From Macrostomum lignano (taxonomy: Eukaryota), in NCBI GenBank assembly GCA_002269645.1, contig NIVC01001188.1, positions 48,257 through 112,256 of the forward strand: 64,000 bases of DNA, in the 5' to 3' direction. The notes under the pieces are model-generated. The model did not search any database. It worked only from the letters and a program-made list of their open reading frames with translations, and was not told the origin of the DNA. Numbering within the stretch: the first letter of the stretch is position 1; each line of letters starts with the position of its first letter. The translations under genes were made by a program, and so were the position numbers. Of this stretch, positions 53,243 to 64,000 are shown piece after piece.

Positions 53243-56200
53243 ATGGCTTTGAATGCCTTTGCCTCCCTGCTTTGCAAAAGCAGCATTTTTGTTGCGAGTA
53301 GGCAACTGTCAAGCATCAGCTCATTGGAAAGATGCATACCATTGAACAAAGGTATTAAGTTACTGGGCCTCACGTGCGCTTGCATTCTAGTTAGCGGCAT
53401 GGCTTGTGTGCACTCTGGCTCACTTTATTTGTTAGGCATGCACACTTCACTGTGCCCGGGGGGGTTGGCCATCAAGGGTGATAATTGCATGAGCAGAATC
53501 GAGCCTGGGCCGCTGGCACATGAGAGCGCCGCGCTGAAACACTAGGCTACGCCCCCCCCTCACTTGAACTGCATTGGAATTTGTTCGTTTTTTAGTTCGA
53601 GAGCAGCTGATGACAATTGCTGGCTCATCGGGCACTCCATTTGAAGTGTGAGTTAATGCCTGTTTTTTGAGTTTGAGAGCCACTGCTAGAAATGCATCAA
53701 TCGAGAGTGATTATATAAAGTGACGCAAACTTTGGCGGCTCATCAGGCGCGACTGCGCGGCCCTCACGGAAGCCCTGGCCAGGGAGCAGCAGCTGGGCTC
53801 CCAGCCGCTGGCTAAACCAATGTCTGCCAGCTACCAGGAGGCCCTGCTGAGCCTGCGCACCCAGGCCGGCTTGTCTGTCAAATACGTCAACACGCACAAC
53901 GGCATCCGGATTGGTCGCCTGCTTGAGGATCTGGACATCCTAGGCGTCCTCATCAGCTACCGGCACGCCTGGCAGCCGCACTGGGCTGAGCGCGCACCCG
54001 TTACCATAGTGACCGCCTTTGTTGATGGCGTCTGTGAGTTGAGCTAATCAGTTCTTGTACAGATCTTTGGCAAGACTTTATCTATGTGTAAGTGTTTGTC
54101 AGTCACACTGCAGTGCCCTATCGCCGAATATATCAATGCATTTTGGCTTTAAAAGGCTCTTTTTTACTGTACTTCTCAAGTAAGTATAGAAATGAGTGAC
54201 TAAGTCGGAACACTTGTGTTGGCATCAGTCTAGATAATACATAGACTACTCCCAGTAGTTAGTTGGTCCAGTTTAGACCTGAAAATTAGCTATAAATTCT
54301 CGCCCCTAGGCGTCCACACGCCCATCATCCCGGCTAATCGGGACCTCCGGCTGAGCGGCTTCGTCTCCTGGGTTGGCAGCAGCTCCATCGAGGTGACCAT
54401 GAAGATTGAACAGCAGGCTGGCGAGGACGGGGCTGCTGGCGTCGCCTGGACGCCCGTGCTTGACGCCACCTTCGTGAACGCGGCTCGACATCCGTTGGAG
54501 AACAGGTTGGCTTTTGTTCACCTTGGTGCACCCAGGGTAGTACGCCAGCTCAGGTAGGAGGCCAGCTCAGTGTAGTACGAGCGTATGCCAGCTCAGGTAG
54601 TAGGCCAGCTCAGTGTAGTACGAGCGTATGCCAGCTCAGGTAGGAGGCCAGCTCAGTGTAGTACGAGCGTATGCCAGCTCAGGTAGTAGGCCAGCTCAGG
54701 GTAGTATGCCAGCTCAGGGTAGTATGCCAGCTCAGGTAGTATGCCAGCTCAGGGTAGGCCAGCTCTGCTCAGGGTAGTAGGCCAGCTCAGGTAGGAGGGC
54801 AGCTCAGGTAGGAGGGCAGCTCAGATAGGAGGGCAGCTCAGGTAGGAGGGCAGCTCAGGTAGGAGGGCAGCTCACGTAGGAGTCCAGCTCAGGTAGGAGG
54901 GCAGATCAGGTAGGAGTCCAGCTCAGGTAGGAGGGCAGCTCAGGTAGGAGGGCAGCTCAGGTAGGAGGGCAGCTCAGGTAGGAGGGCAGCTCAGATAGGA
55001 GGCCAGCTCAGGTAGGAGGGCAGCTCAGATAGGAGGCCAGCTCAGGTAGGAGGGCAGCTCAGGTAGGAGGACAGCTCAGGTAGTATGCCAGCTCAGGTAG
55101 GAGGCCAGCTCAGGTAGTATGCCAGCTCAGGTAGGAGGCCAGCTCAGGTAGTATGCCAGCTCAGGTAGGAGGCCAGCTCAGGTAGGAGGGCAGCTCAGGT
55201 AGGAGTCCAGCTCAGGTAGGAGGCCAGCTCAGGTAGGAGGGCAGCTCAGGTAGGAGTCCAGCTCAGGTAGGAGGCCAGCTCAGGTAGGAGGGCAGCTCAT
55301 GTAGGAGTCCAGCTCAGGTAGGAGGGCAGCTCATGTAGGAGGCCAGCTCAGGTAGGAGTCCAGCTCAGGTAGGAGGCCAGCTTAGGGTTTGTAGGTCAGC
55401 CCAGCTCAGCGTAAAAGCTGCAACTCCGGTGTTGCAGTGGCTGTCGTATCTCGCTGATTGTACATCTTGGTTACAGTATCTCCTTCCCGTATCAATTACC
55501 AGAACAAGTGTTTTGCATTAAACCAGGCCGTGAGGTGATAAGTACTTATTTACAAGCTAAAGGAACCGCATGAATAAGGGTGAATGACTGGTTCCCCGCA
55601 GAGCCGCCAAGCTGAACCCCCTGCTGCTGGAGTCGGCCGCAGACCGGGAGATTTTCCAGCGAGGCGAGCGGGCCAAGGCCTACAGGCTGCAGCAGGCATC
55701 GCAGTCTGTGCTCAGCGTTGTGCCGCGCAACGAAGAGATCGCCAAAATTCATCGAATGTTTCTTGACACCATCGATCCCAAGTGAGCAGCTGCTCTGCCC
55801 CAACTCATCTGCGTCTGAGTCAATTCTAGGCGGCCAACTTGTTTTTATACAGCTTCTCCTTTTCACCTTTATCAGGTCGTTCACCTTCAGCCGTCGACGC
55901 CTCCCAGCCGGCAGCGTCTGGCTGCGCGACACAATGCTGAAGACTGCTCATCTGTACCACCCGGAGCAGATGAACGTCTACTGCAAGGTGTTCGGCGGCT
56001 TCCTGATGCGCAAAGCCCTGGAGACGGCTTGGATCTGCGCGTTCGCCCACTGCCGCCGGCAGCCGGTGCTGCTCGAGGTCAAGGACGTGTCCTTCCGCGC
56101 TCCAGTCGAGCTCGGCTCGCTGCTGTTCCTGTCCGCGCAAGTCACCTGCTCGCACGGCTGTCGTTGCGTCGTCCGCGTGCACGCTGAGGTGCTGCAGCCG

Positions 56201-56368
56201 GACAGCGGGCTGCGGACCACCACCAATGATTTCTATTTCGTGTTCGCGCCAGAGGCCGCCGCGCAGGCTGGCGAGGACTGCGTGCCCGATGCGCCGCAGG
56301 TGGTGCCCAGGAGCTACAGCGAGGCCATGCTGCACATTGACGGAATGCGGAAACTCACTGAAGCTTAG
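53243..56368 (+). CDS. ACOT9: Acyl-CoA thioesterase 9-like, mitochondrial (double hot-dog fold), 438 aa; exons 53243-53351, 53596-53647, 53747-54033, 54310-54505, 55602-55781, 55876-56368
   Basis: Motifs IRIGRLLEDLD, VTIVTAFVD, SGFVSWVGSSSIEV, VFGGFLMRKALE, PVELGSLLFL, VVPRSYSEAMLHIDG. GT-AG junctions with matching phases sum to 1317 nt. N-terminus is acid-free and Ser/Arg-containing (mitochondrial-presequence-like). Confidence 0.93.
53421..53559 (-). mobile_element. tRNA-derived SINE-like element, copy B, in ACOT9 intron 1
   Basis: Minus strand GGGGCGTAGCCTAGTG ... GGCTCGATTC; shares head and 3' tail (GTGAAGTGTGCATGCCTAAC) with 15847-16025. Confidence 0.65.
54538..55385. repeat. 17-bp minisatellite (GCCAGCTCAGGTAGGAG), about 45 copies, ACOT9 intron 4
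   Basis: Direct reading. Confidence 0.95.
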
Positions 56369-56733
56369 CCCTGTGCGGAAGCTAATGGCTGCCTACCGCT
56401 TGCTATCGAATAATTCAGTTTGCGATGCTGTGTTTTTATCCGCCGGCAGGCCGCGCGCAGTGCTTTCAAGTACCCTTGCTAAGTATTAGTTGTGTAACTT
56501 AGTAGAATGGGCTGACGTTTTATTAAATATTTCATTATTTATGTCGTTAGTTTAGTCATTTTTGTGTCCGTTTTTAGTCTCTGTTTTTCGTATCCTGATT
56601 TAGTATACGTGGATAAATATACCTATTGATATTTTACGCTAGCATAGCAGAAAACTATACAGAAAAATCAAAATAAAGTGTCAGCTACTTTCAATAAATT
56701 ATTTTCAAATTGATAGAGCGGAATCGATTTACG

Positions 56734-56736
<3 letters not shown>

Positions 56737-56781
<45 letters not shown>
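56737..56781. repeat. (GT)n microsatellite, about 22 units
   Basis: Direct reading. Confidence 0.98.
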
Positions 56782-56782
<1 letters not shown>

Positions 56783-57599
56783 AGGGACGCGGTGGTGAAA
56801 GCTTTGTAACATCGGGCAGAAGCCATTCCGGGGCTGTGCAGGACGTTCAAGAGGCGTGAACGTCCATATGAGGTCCGATAAACGTGGCTATCAGGAAGGT
56901 CCCTGAGAGCTTCATTGACAATCAGCGAGTGCTGCGCGTTGCGAGCCAACTCTCAGGCTTTGGGGTAGAGGAGAGGGCGTCGGTTGGCACTGGAGTCCAG
57001 CGATGTCGAAGTGCTGTGCAGAGAAGATCGCAGTTTTCATGATGGCAGGGGTGAGATGCGCTGCACCTGCATCGTAGCAGGAACAGGTTGAAGCAGTAAT
57101 CGGGGACATTCTGCGACATCTTGAATTTTAACAAACAGAGCGTGCTGTGTTGACACTGACGGGCATCAGGCTTCAATATTGGTAGTAACCCCGCACAAAC
57201 GGGAGAGTTCAGTCCATCGGTAATTACCTGTCGGCCGTAGAGCGAGATCATGTCTCACTTTACAGGCGAGTGGGTTTTACTGGTATTTCATTCTGCATGA
57301 GTTTTAAGCTGCACCCTGCACGGAATTCGCAGTTCGACTACTCCAGTTATTTACTTGTAGGGTTGCGTTTGGTTTGGGCCGTCGGGGTGGGGGCTGCTCT
57401 ATTAGTATATGTACTTGCATCTCGCTTTCTTCTCTGTACATGCCCACCACCCCAGTTGGGTGAGTCACTTTAATCGATCTATCATCGCTGACTATTTAAT
57501 CGCTCGTAAATTATCGTGCATCAAAATATACTTCGTAAACTTACTCTAAATTCTCGGCTCTTACATTGGTGGCAGCGAGAACCCAGTGCAAGTGCACTC

Positions 57600-58418
57600 A
57601 TGGCCCAGAACACCCTTCTACCGCCAAAGTTCAGTGGAACAGACGGCACTGACGTGAGAAAGTGGCTGCGCATCTTTGAGGAATTCGCCAACGATGCGAA
57701 ATGGGACGACGCGACCTCAGCGTCGAAGGTGAAGCTGCTGCTCACGGGAGAAGCCCAACTGGTCGTCTGGGACCTGGCCGAGACAAGACAAAAGAGTTTT
57801 AAAAGTATAAAGGAGGACCTCACAAAGTTTTATGGAGGCGAAGCCGACAGCTTTAAGGCCATGAGCGACTTCTATGCGAGGAAACATGGAGATACCGAGA
57901 CACTGCGTGAGCTCTGCTTTAACCTGAAGCTGCTACACCAGAAAGCCAGACCGGAGGACTCAATTGCTCAACGAGACCGAGATGTGCGCTTCAAGCTTCT
58001 GCAGCTGCTCAAGGCCGACATTCGTGACAACCTGCTTAAGGCAGAGGATGCAGAGACCTGCAGCCTGGAGACTCTGCTGCAGCGGGCGGCTCGGCTGGAG
58101 GAGCTGGCTGGGCGACAGTCGGTGGCGGCAGTCGGAGCCGTCAGCGCTACATCATCGGCAGAACCAAGCGAGGACCGCCTGGACCGACTGGAGAAACGCA
58201 TGGAGGAGCTCATCGCGAGGGTCAGCGTACAGTCGGGTACCGACACTCGGCGTCGCCGTCAACAGCGAGGAGGCGGCTGCTTCAACTGCGGCCAGCTCGG
58301 ACACCGTGCAGCGCAATGTCAGCAAGAGAAACAGCCGGGTCCGATCATCTGCCACAAGTGTTCTGGGCGGGGGCACAAGGCCTCTGTCTGCCCATCGAAG
58401 GCTCCGGGAAACTTTTAA
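57600..58418 (+). CDS. gag: Gypsy Gag with two CCHC zinc knuckles
   Basis: MAQNTLLPPKFSG...; CFNCGQLGHRAAQC and CHKCSGRGHKASVC. Confidence 0.92.
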   Translation: MAQNTLLPPKFSGTDGTDVRKWLRIFEEFANDAKWDDATSASKVKLLLTGEAQLVVWDLAETRQKSFKSIKEDLTKFYGGEADSFKAMSDFYARKHGDTETLRELCFNLKLLHQKARPEDSIAQRDRDVRFKLLQLLKADIRDNLLKAEDAETCSLETLLQRAARLEELAGRQSVAAVGAVSATSSAEPSEDRLDRLEKRMEELIARVSVQSGTDTRRRRQQRGGGCFNCGQLGHRAAQCQQEKQPGPIICHKCSGRGHKASVCPSKAPGNF

Positions 58419-58454
58419 GGGTTGGTGCAACGGGTGCGGGACCCACACCAACCC
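58406..58454 (+). promoter_or_regulatory. Programmed -1 ribosomal frameshift signal (G GGA AAC slippery site plus downstream stem-loop)
   Basis: GGGAAAC at 58406-58412 in gag phase; 6-nt spacer; GGGTTGGTG (58419-58427) pairs with CACCAACCC (58446-58454). Confidence 0.82.
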
Positions 58455-60315
58455 CAAGGAGCAATCCCGTGCTTCATGCTATTTTTATACCTGGAGAGGC
58501 AAACGGCAAGCCGTGCCGCTGGCTGCTGGACACCGGAGCGCAGACCTCGCTGATCAGCGACGTTGCTTTGAGAGAGCTGGACGGTCGCTGCGAGCTGAAG
58601 CCGGCAGATGTCAGGCCTGTGTCCGTGGACGGCTCCGTTCTCGAGCTGTTAGGAAGCGTGAGCATTACGGCGCGACTCAGTCATCAGCTGCGCAGACAAA
58701 TGGACGTGCTGGTGGTCAGAGGGATTCGCCCAAACTTCATCCTGGGGATGGATTTCGTGAGCAAGGCGGCCAGATCGCAGTTCAGCATGGACCAGGGTGC
58801 CAAGACAGTCGCATTCGATGGTGAGGCGGTTCCGTTCAGTAACTGCGATTCCAAGCAAGATGGCCCGCTGTCCTGTTGCTTGGTACCCACAGTGATCATC
58901 GCCAGAGTTCAGGGCGCCGTCGTGGTACCGCCAAGGTCAGTTAAAGTGGTGGACGTGACGACCGAGACCAAGCAGGCACATGGCATCTTCGAGCCGTCAC
59001 AGGAGTTCATCGACAGAATCGGAGTGCTGCCCGGCCGCGTGTTCGCGGTGTCTTCAGAGAGCGGCAAGATTCCGGTTCAGGTGTGCAACCTCAGCTGCAG
59101 CCCGGTCACGCTGTTCTCCAACCAGAGCATCGGCACCTTCGAGAGCGCGGAGGTTATCGACGAGGACGAGGACGTGCACGAGTGGCGAGGCCCCGCAGAC
59201 CAGTTCAACATCAATCCGGAGCTGCTGGAGGAGGACAGCAACCGTCTAGCAATGCTGCTGAGGGCATTTGCCGACGTGGTCTCAGTCCATGAGTTCGACG
59301 TTGGTACGAGCAGCGCAGCGCAGCACAAGATTGAGCTGGACGACGGCGCTCGCCCGATTCGCCAACGGCCTCGGCGGGTGCCTCACGCCTTCAGGAGGCA
59401 AGTGGACGAGAAGCTGGAGCAGATGCGACAACACGGCGTCATCGAGCCCTCCACCAGCCCGTGGGCGAGCAACCTGATAATCGTCAGAAAGAAGAATAAT
59501 GACATCCGAGTCTGTGTAGACTGGCGGGCGCTGAACAACCTCACAGTGAAGGACGCCCACCCGCTGCCGCATTTGCACCAAGCGCTCGACTCCTTGGCTG
59601 GCTGCTCATGGTTCTCTACGATCGACATGCGCCAAGGCTTCCTTCAGGTGGAGGTCAGAGAGGAGGATCGGCCGTTGACAGCGTTCTACACTCCGAGCGG
59701 CCTGATGCAATTCCGCAAAATGGGATTCGGCATGTGCAACGCGCCTGCGACGTACCAGCGAATGATGGAGCTCATCATGACCGGCCTGAGCTGGGAGGAG
59801 GTCATCGCGTACATTGATGACCTGATCATCTTCAACAGGGACTTTGAGAGCCACGTTCAGTCACTGTCCAAGGTGCTGCATCGACTGCGGTCTGCCAAGC
59901 TGAAGCTGAACCCAGGCAAGAGCTTCTTTGCCTACCGGAGCGTCACGTACCTGGGTCACCAAGTCTCTGAGAGCGGCATCGCACCTGCCGCGGAGAAGGT
60001 CGAGGCGATCAGGCGGATGCCGGAGCCGCAGTCTGAGGATGTTCGACGCATCATCGGCATGCTCAGCTTCTACCGCAGGTTCGTGCCAAACTTCTCTGAT
60101 ATTGCCAAACCGCTGCATCACCTGGCTCAGAAAGGCGCGGGCGGCGGCTTCGTGTGGACGTCAGAGCATGCTGCGGTGCTGAAAAAGTTGAAGGACGCGC
60201 TGACCCAGGCCCCGGTGCTCCAGCTGCCCGACTTCAGCCGGCCTATCGTCATCAGCTGTGACAGCAGTGCTGTGGCCTTGGGTGCGGTGCTCAGCCAGGA
60301 GCGCGACGGCTTACA
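58406..60315 (+). CDS. pol: Gypsy Pol (aspartic protease, reverse transcriptase), truncated at the start of RNase H; in the -1 frame relative to gag
   Basis: LLDTGAQTSLI; SPWASNLIIVRKK; CVDWRALN; AYIDDLII; ISCDSSAVALGAVLSQ. Confidence 0.93.
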
Positions 60316-61231
60316 TACTTTAGCCATTTAGCCAGAGCTAAAAATAATTAAGCGTAGCCTTGGAAAAATACTTGACCCCACTTTGTAACTCGTAGCGCAG
60401 CTTTCACAACAACATGCAGCAAGCTCTATTTTCTTCAATTAAAAGCGCTCTGATCCATAAATTTTGGCTGAGACCTGCAACCTCTGACCCGAGCTTGTCA
60501 AGCAGCGTGTTGTGACCAACCATTTCTTAAGTTGTGACCAACCATTTGACAGCCCCTACCTGGCCACTTTCTCAAGAGCGGTGAAGCGCGGTCAGAATAA
60601 TTAAGCTTCGTAAAAAGCCTGAGTACAATAGTATAGAAGGAGACACGTTGAGTTGGCAAGCGTACATTGCCGTGAGACTCAATAATGAGACGGAAAGAGT
60701 AGCCTCCACCCATGGGAGCAAGTTTGGGGTGACGGTGTTTAGCCGCCCAGCTCTGTCCCACCCGCCCGCCCCAGTGCAGTGCTCGCCTTGAATGTCGCTA
60801 ACCCTCTTCACTTCTACATTCCCTCCCTCCGCACAGCGGCCCCAAGCCCTACCGCTATATTGCCAGGCCAGACCAGACCAGAAGAGAAGTGAGGCGGTCT
60901 TTCTCTTGCGTACAAAACAGACAGAAGAGGTACCGAGAGACAAGACCTCGCAGCACTGACTGCTCCTTATCGTCTCTCCCCCATCTTTTCCTTACCCAAC
61001 CTTCTTCGTCCTATCGGATTCCTCAACTCGCAGCTCCCCAGCCAGAAAGGAAAGAGAATAACGCTTGTAGACGAGCTTCCGAAAGTCTCCCTGATCCCAA
61101 CCCATCCCCAGCATTCCAGCAGTGCGCTGTGGAGAAGAAAATCTCGACCCCCGTCATCCTTTTTGCTTTTTGCATCGGCGTCCCCCACTGTACAGTCGTT
61201 AAAACTCGCTCCCGCAGTGCAGCTTCTTCCC

Positions 61232-62763
61232 ATGAATCCCACCCGCGGGATGCACTCCAGACTGCAGCAGCAGCAGCAGCAGCAGGAGGCCCGGGAGCGA
61301 ACACACGAGCCAATTTGCGTCAAAGAGACTCGAGTCTGCTGGATTGAATTCGGTGCAAGCCTGACCTGCCTTTCTCTGGGCATCATCTTCGTGTTCGCCG
61401 GCGTCTCCGCTGACAGCAGCGCCGTCGGCTCCAGCGGCGGCTCACAAGCAACGAAGCCGGCAGGGATTCTGGCGGTGACTTACCTCGGCGTGGCCTTGCT
61501 GATAATCGGCGGAGCACTGCTCATCGTATTCGGCATTCATTTCTATCGGGTGAAGTCTGGCCTGGACGCGGCCAAGGCCGAACGATTCGCTCAGCTGGGC
61601 ATTCAACCATCTAGCCGGTATCAGGAGCTCCCTTCGCAGTCGGCAACTGCTGCAGCTTTTGGTAGTCGACCGCGCCCACCGGTGCTGCCTCTTCCTTCGC
61701 GAGACCCGGTACAACAGCAACAGCGACGAGTGCCTCAAGAGCAGCGGCCTCAACCATCACAGATGTCTTCGTCGCGGCTTCAGCCCATGCCGTCCTATCG
61801 AGAGGGCGCATTTTACAACCTCGGTTTCCTGAGTGACGAGGCTGAAGCTGCAAGGTCTCCAGCGCAGCCGCAAGTAGCAACCATCTCCACAGGTAGAGCT
61901 CCATCGCAGCAGCCGTCACCGCTAAACAACAAACTCAGTCCCTATGCTCAGCACGGTGCTCAACCACCAGCTGATCGCACGCGTCAAGGTCCCGCTGGCC
62001 GGTACAATTTGCCGCCGCCAGGCGATCAAGTTAGACGAGGACCGTCTGCACAGTTCGATCCCCGACCAACAACAGACCAGGCTAGAAACGCTTCCTCTGC
62101 TCAATATGGTGTTCAACAGCGAGACGACCACCCAAGGCGCAGTCAACAAGCTGTACAGGCACATCAGGATGTCCCACAACAGCGAGCTTCGTTAAACACG
62201 CGCCTCCAAGCGGTCCTCCGTTCGAGGAGGCTCCTGTGCGAATCGATCGAGCAAAGCGGGCTGGATTTGCCTCGGCGGCAGCGGCAAATTTCTCCACAGG
62301 CTTCTCGGACGCTCCACCGGCTGGCGCAGTCGGCGGTGTGCAGTCCTCGCGCAGCTATCATTCCGGCTTTTCTGGCGGCGCAACCAGAAAGCAGATATCC
62401 GCATCGGCCAGCGGACAGGATTTTCAGGCCAAGGCAACCGTTGACGACTCTGCTCGGCAGGGACGCCCGTACGGGGAGTCGCGACACTTGCCGAGCTGGC
62501 AGCAGCCGCCGATTGAGACGCCGCCTCCGCAGAGGTCGCCGCCGCCCGGCTACGAGCGGGATCCGCTTTCGTTGATGCGGCAGCCACTCAGAGAAGATCG
62601 CGAGTTCGAGCACCAAACGCAGTCGCAGTCCCGGCCGCATCAACAGCAGCAGCGGCAGCTACCGCAGCAGCAGCCAGCGGTCTCCCAGGTCAGAAAGGCG
62701 CAAGCCAGTGGTACAGGTCTTCGCAGATTTAAGGAGTCGAGGCTTCCTAATCAAATAATGTAA
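61232..62763 (+). CDS. Uncharacterised protein with two predicted TM helices and a long Q/P/S-rich cytoplasmic tail; apparent 1-nt frameshift between 62086 and about 62200
   Basis: Hydrophobic segments IEFGASLTCLSLGIIFVFAGVSA and ILAVTYLGVALLIIGGALLIVFGIHF; the Q/P-rich composition continues in the overlapping ORF 62236-62763. Confidence 0.65.
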
Positions 62764-63576
62764 TCCACTGGGCGCATTTGCTCTAGTGTTTAATCCTCTT
62801 GACTTGTGATTCACTTCCATGTATAATACCCAGGATCCTGTGTTCTTAAGCCAGCCTTGGTTGCTACTACTATATTTAAAAAATCATTATTCCTAGACTT
62901 CGTGTGCATCCAGTTCACAACTATTCGTAAAAAATGTAAAATAGGCGTCTCTTTCTGACTTAGAATAACAAGTTATCCACATCCAATATGGTTCAGTTTA
63001 TCAACATAATTTTAAATGCATTAGCTAACTTTGCAGTGTAATCTGTCTTATTGGAACCCATTTTGTAACAATGCACTTCGCCATCTTTGTAAATGGTACT
63101 TTTGAGTAGCTCGTACGTCGCTACTTTTTTATATGACTTATCAAATCACATCCACGTGTACTTTTAAAAGTATTATTTGTACTTTTTTTGGCATTCGAGC
63201 ATATCTCGATATTAACTCTCGTATGTGAAATATGTGAAATGTGTATTCTAGTAGCTAGTAACATGAAATCAATTTATTCACTTCGAGTATGTTCTCCACT
63301 GATGTAGGAATCATTATGCATCATAATAATAATGATGACACATGTATTGTTCCGTGAGTGTTAAACTGTTAACGGAATTGGCGATATGCCTGTCAATACT
63401 ACGGGGCGCGTACTTAAAAAAAGTTGAATAGCTGGTTTATGATGTCGAAGCAAAGACAGCCAAAGTAGAAGGAAATGCTACTGGAGACGGACAAAGAATT
63501 TGTCTATATAAAACCCCATTCTTAATCAAACAGCAAATCTATTCGAAATCTGGGTGACAACTTGCCCAGAACAGGG

Positions 63577-64000
63577 TCAGTAACGCGTATAGCAGCCACG
63601 TGCGTGCAGCAGAGCGCTCACTCTCCGGGGCATCCCCAGAACCAGGCGTCGCAGAAAATCTTGCGGTAGTTGTTTCCATGCAGTAGACAGTGATTCGCGC
63701 AGTTGGGCAACGTTTTGCGGCGGATTGTCGCGCCGAATCGAGCGCTTCAGGTAATCCCAAACGTACTCTATGGGATTCATGTCCGGTGATTGGGACGGCC
63801 AGCGCAAGTTTCGCAGGTGCAGCAGCTCCTTCAGATGCGCCACAGCGGCTGCGCGATGCGGTGGGGCGTTGTCGTCTTGGAGGACGCTGTTCCCCACGCC
63901 ACACGTGAAGCATCAATGAAGGGCAGCAGGGGCGTCTGTAGAAGGTTGGCGTATGACTCGGCAGTCACAGTCGCATCAGGAACACGAGCTCCGTCTTCGC
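63577..64000 (-). pseudogene. Decayed Tc1-family DDE transposase, C-terminal part, with two frameshifts; runs off the right edge
   Basis: LQDDNAPPH...WPSQSPDMNPIEYVWDYLKR...RRVSALLHARGCYTRY*; the upstream TVTAESYANLL...LLPFI segment is in another frame. Confidence 0.9.

Larger units (their letters stand above)
57356..60315 (+). mobile_element. Ty3/Gypsy LTR retrotransposon, internally deleted (5' LTR, PBS, gag, protease, RT, start of RNase H; integrase, PPT and nearly all of the 3' LTR missing)
   Basis: Putative LTR TGTAG(57356)...TTACA(57565); PBS TGGTGGCAGCG at 57567; gag and pol ORFs; TACT flanks both ends (57352-57355 and 60316-60319). Confidence 0.88.

Noticed and set aside
56782-57351. 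GC-richer segment next to the (GT)n tract, possibly a decayed LINE 3' end or old ORF
   Set aside because: All frames contain stops and no RT, endonuclease or gag motif is recognisable.
63398-63432. Candidate Tc1 terminal inverted repeat (TA|CGGGGCGCGTACTTAAAAAAAGTTGAATAG)
   Set aside because: The partner end lies outside the window, so it cannot be confirmed.

Overview
Eukaryotic (metazoan) genomic DNA with GC-rich, CpG-rich exons and repeat-filled introns. The style resembles the flatworm Macrostomum, but that is inference and was not verified. Minus strand: the first three coding exons of a stomatin/MEC-2-like (SPFH) gene (19851-15217; the remaining exons are not in the window) and a complete 14-exon HUWE1 HECT E3 ligase gene (47432-23250, about 3,900 aa, one apparent 1-nt frameshift). 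Plus strand: a complete 6-exon ACOT9-like mitochondrial acyl-CoA thioesterase (53243-56368, 438 aa) and an orphan two-TM protein (61232-62763, one frameshift). Mobile DNA: a Ty3/Gypsy element with intact gag, a -1 frameshift signal and an internal deletion that still keeps its TSD; a 603-bp TA-flanked MITE; two tRNA-derived SINE copies; a decayed Tc1 transposase at the right edge. Over 20 different tandem arrays occur; 11 of 13 HUWE1 introns carry their own private repeat. Many repeat units have dyad-symmetric or transcription-factor-like cores (CRE, DR1, E-box, kB-like, E2F-like), and one ACOT9 intron is an array of splice-donor-like CAG|GTAGG units. A 2.6-kb stretch without any CpG lies between the divergent HUWE1 and ACOT9 starts. 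Most long ORFs in the supplied track are repeat artefacts.
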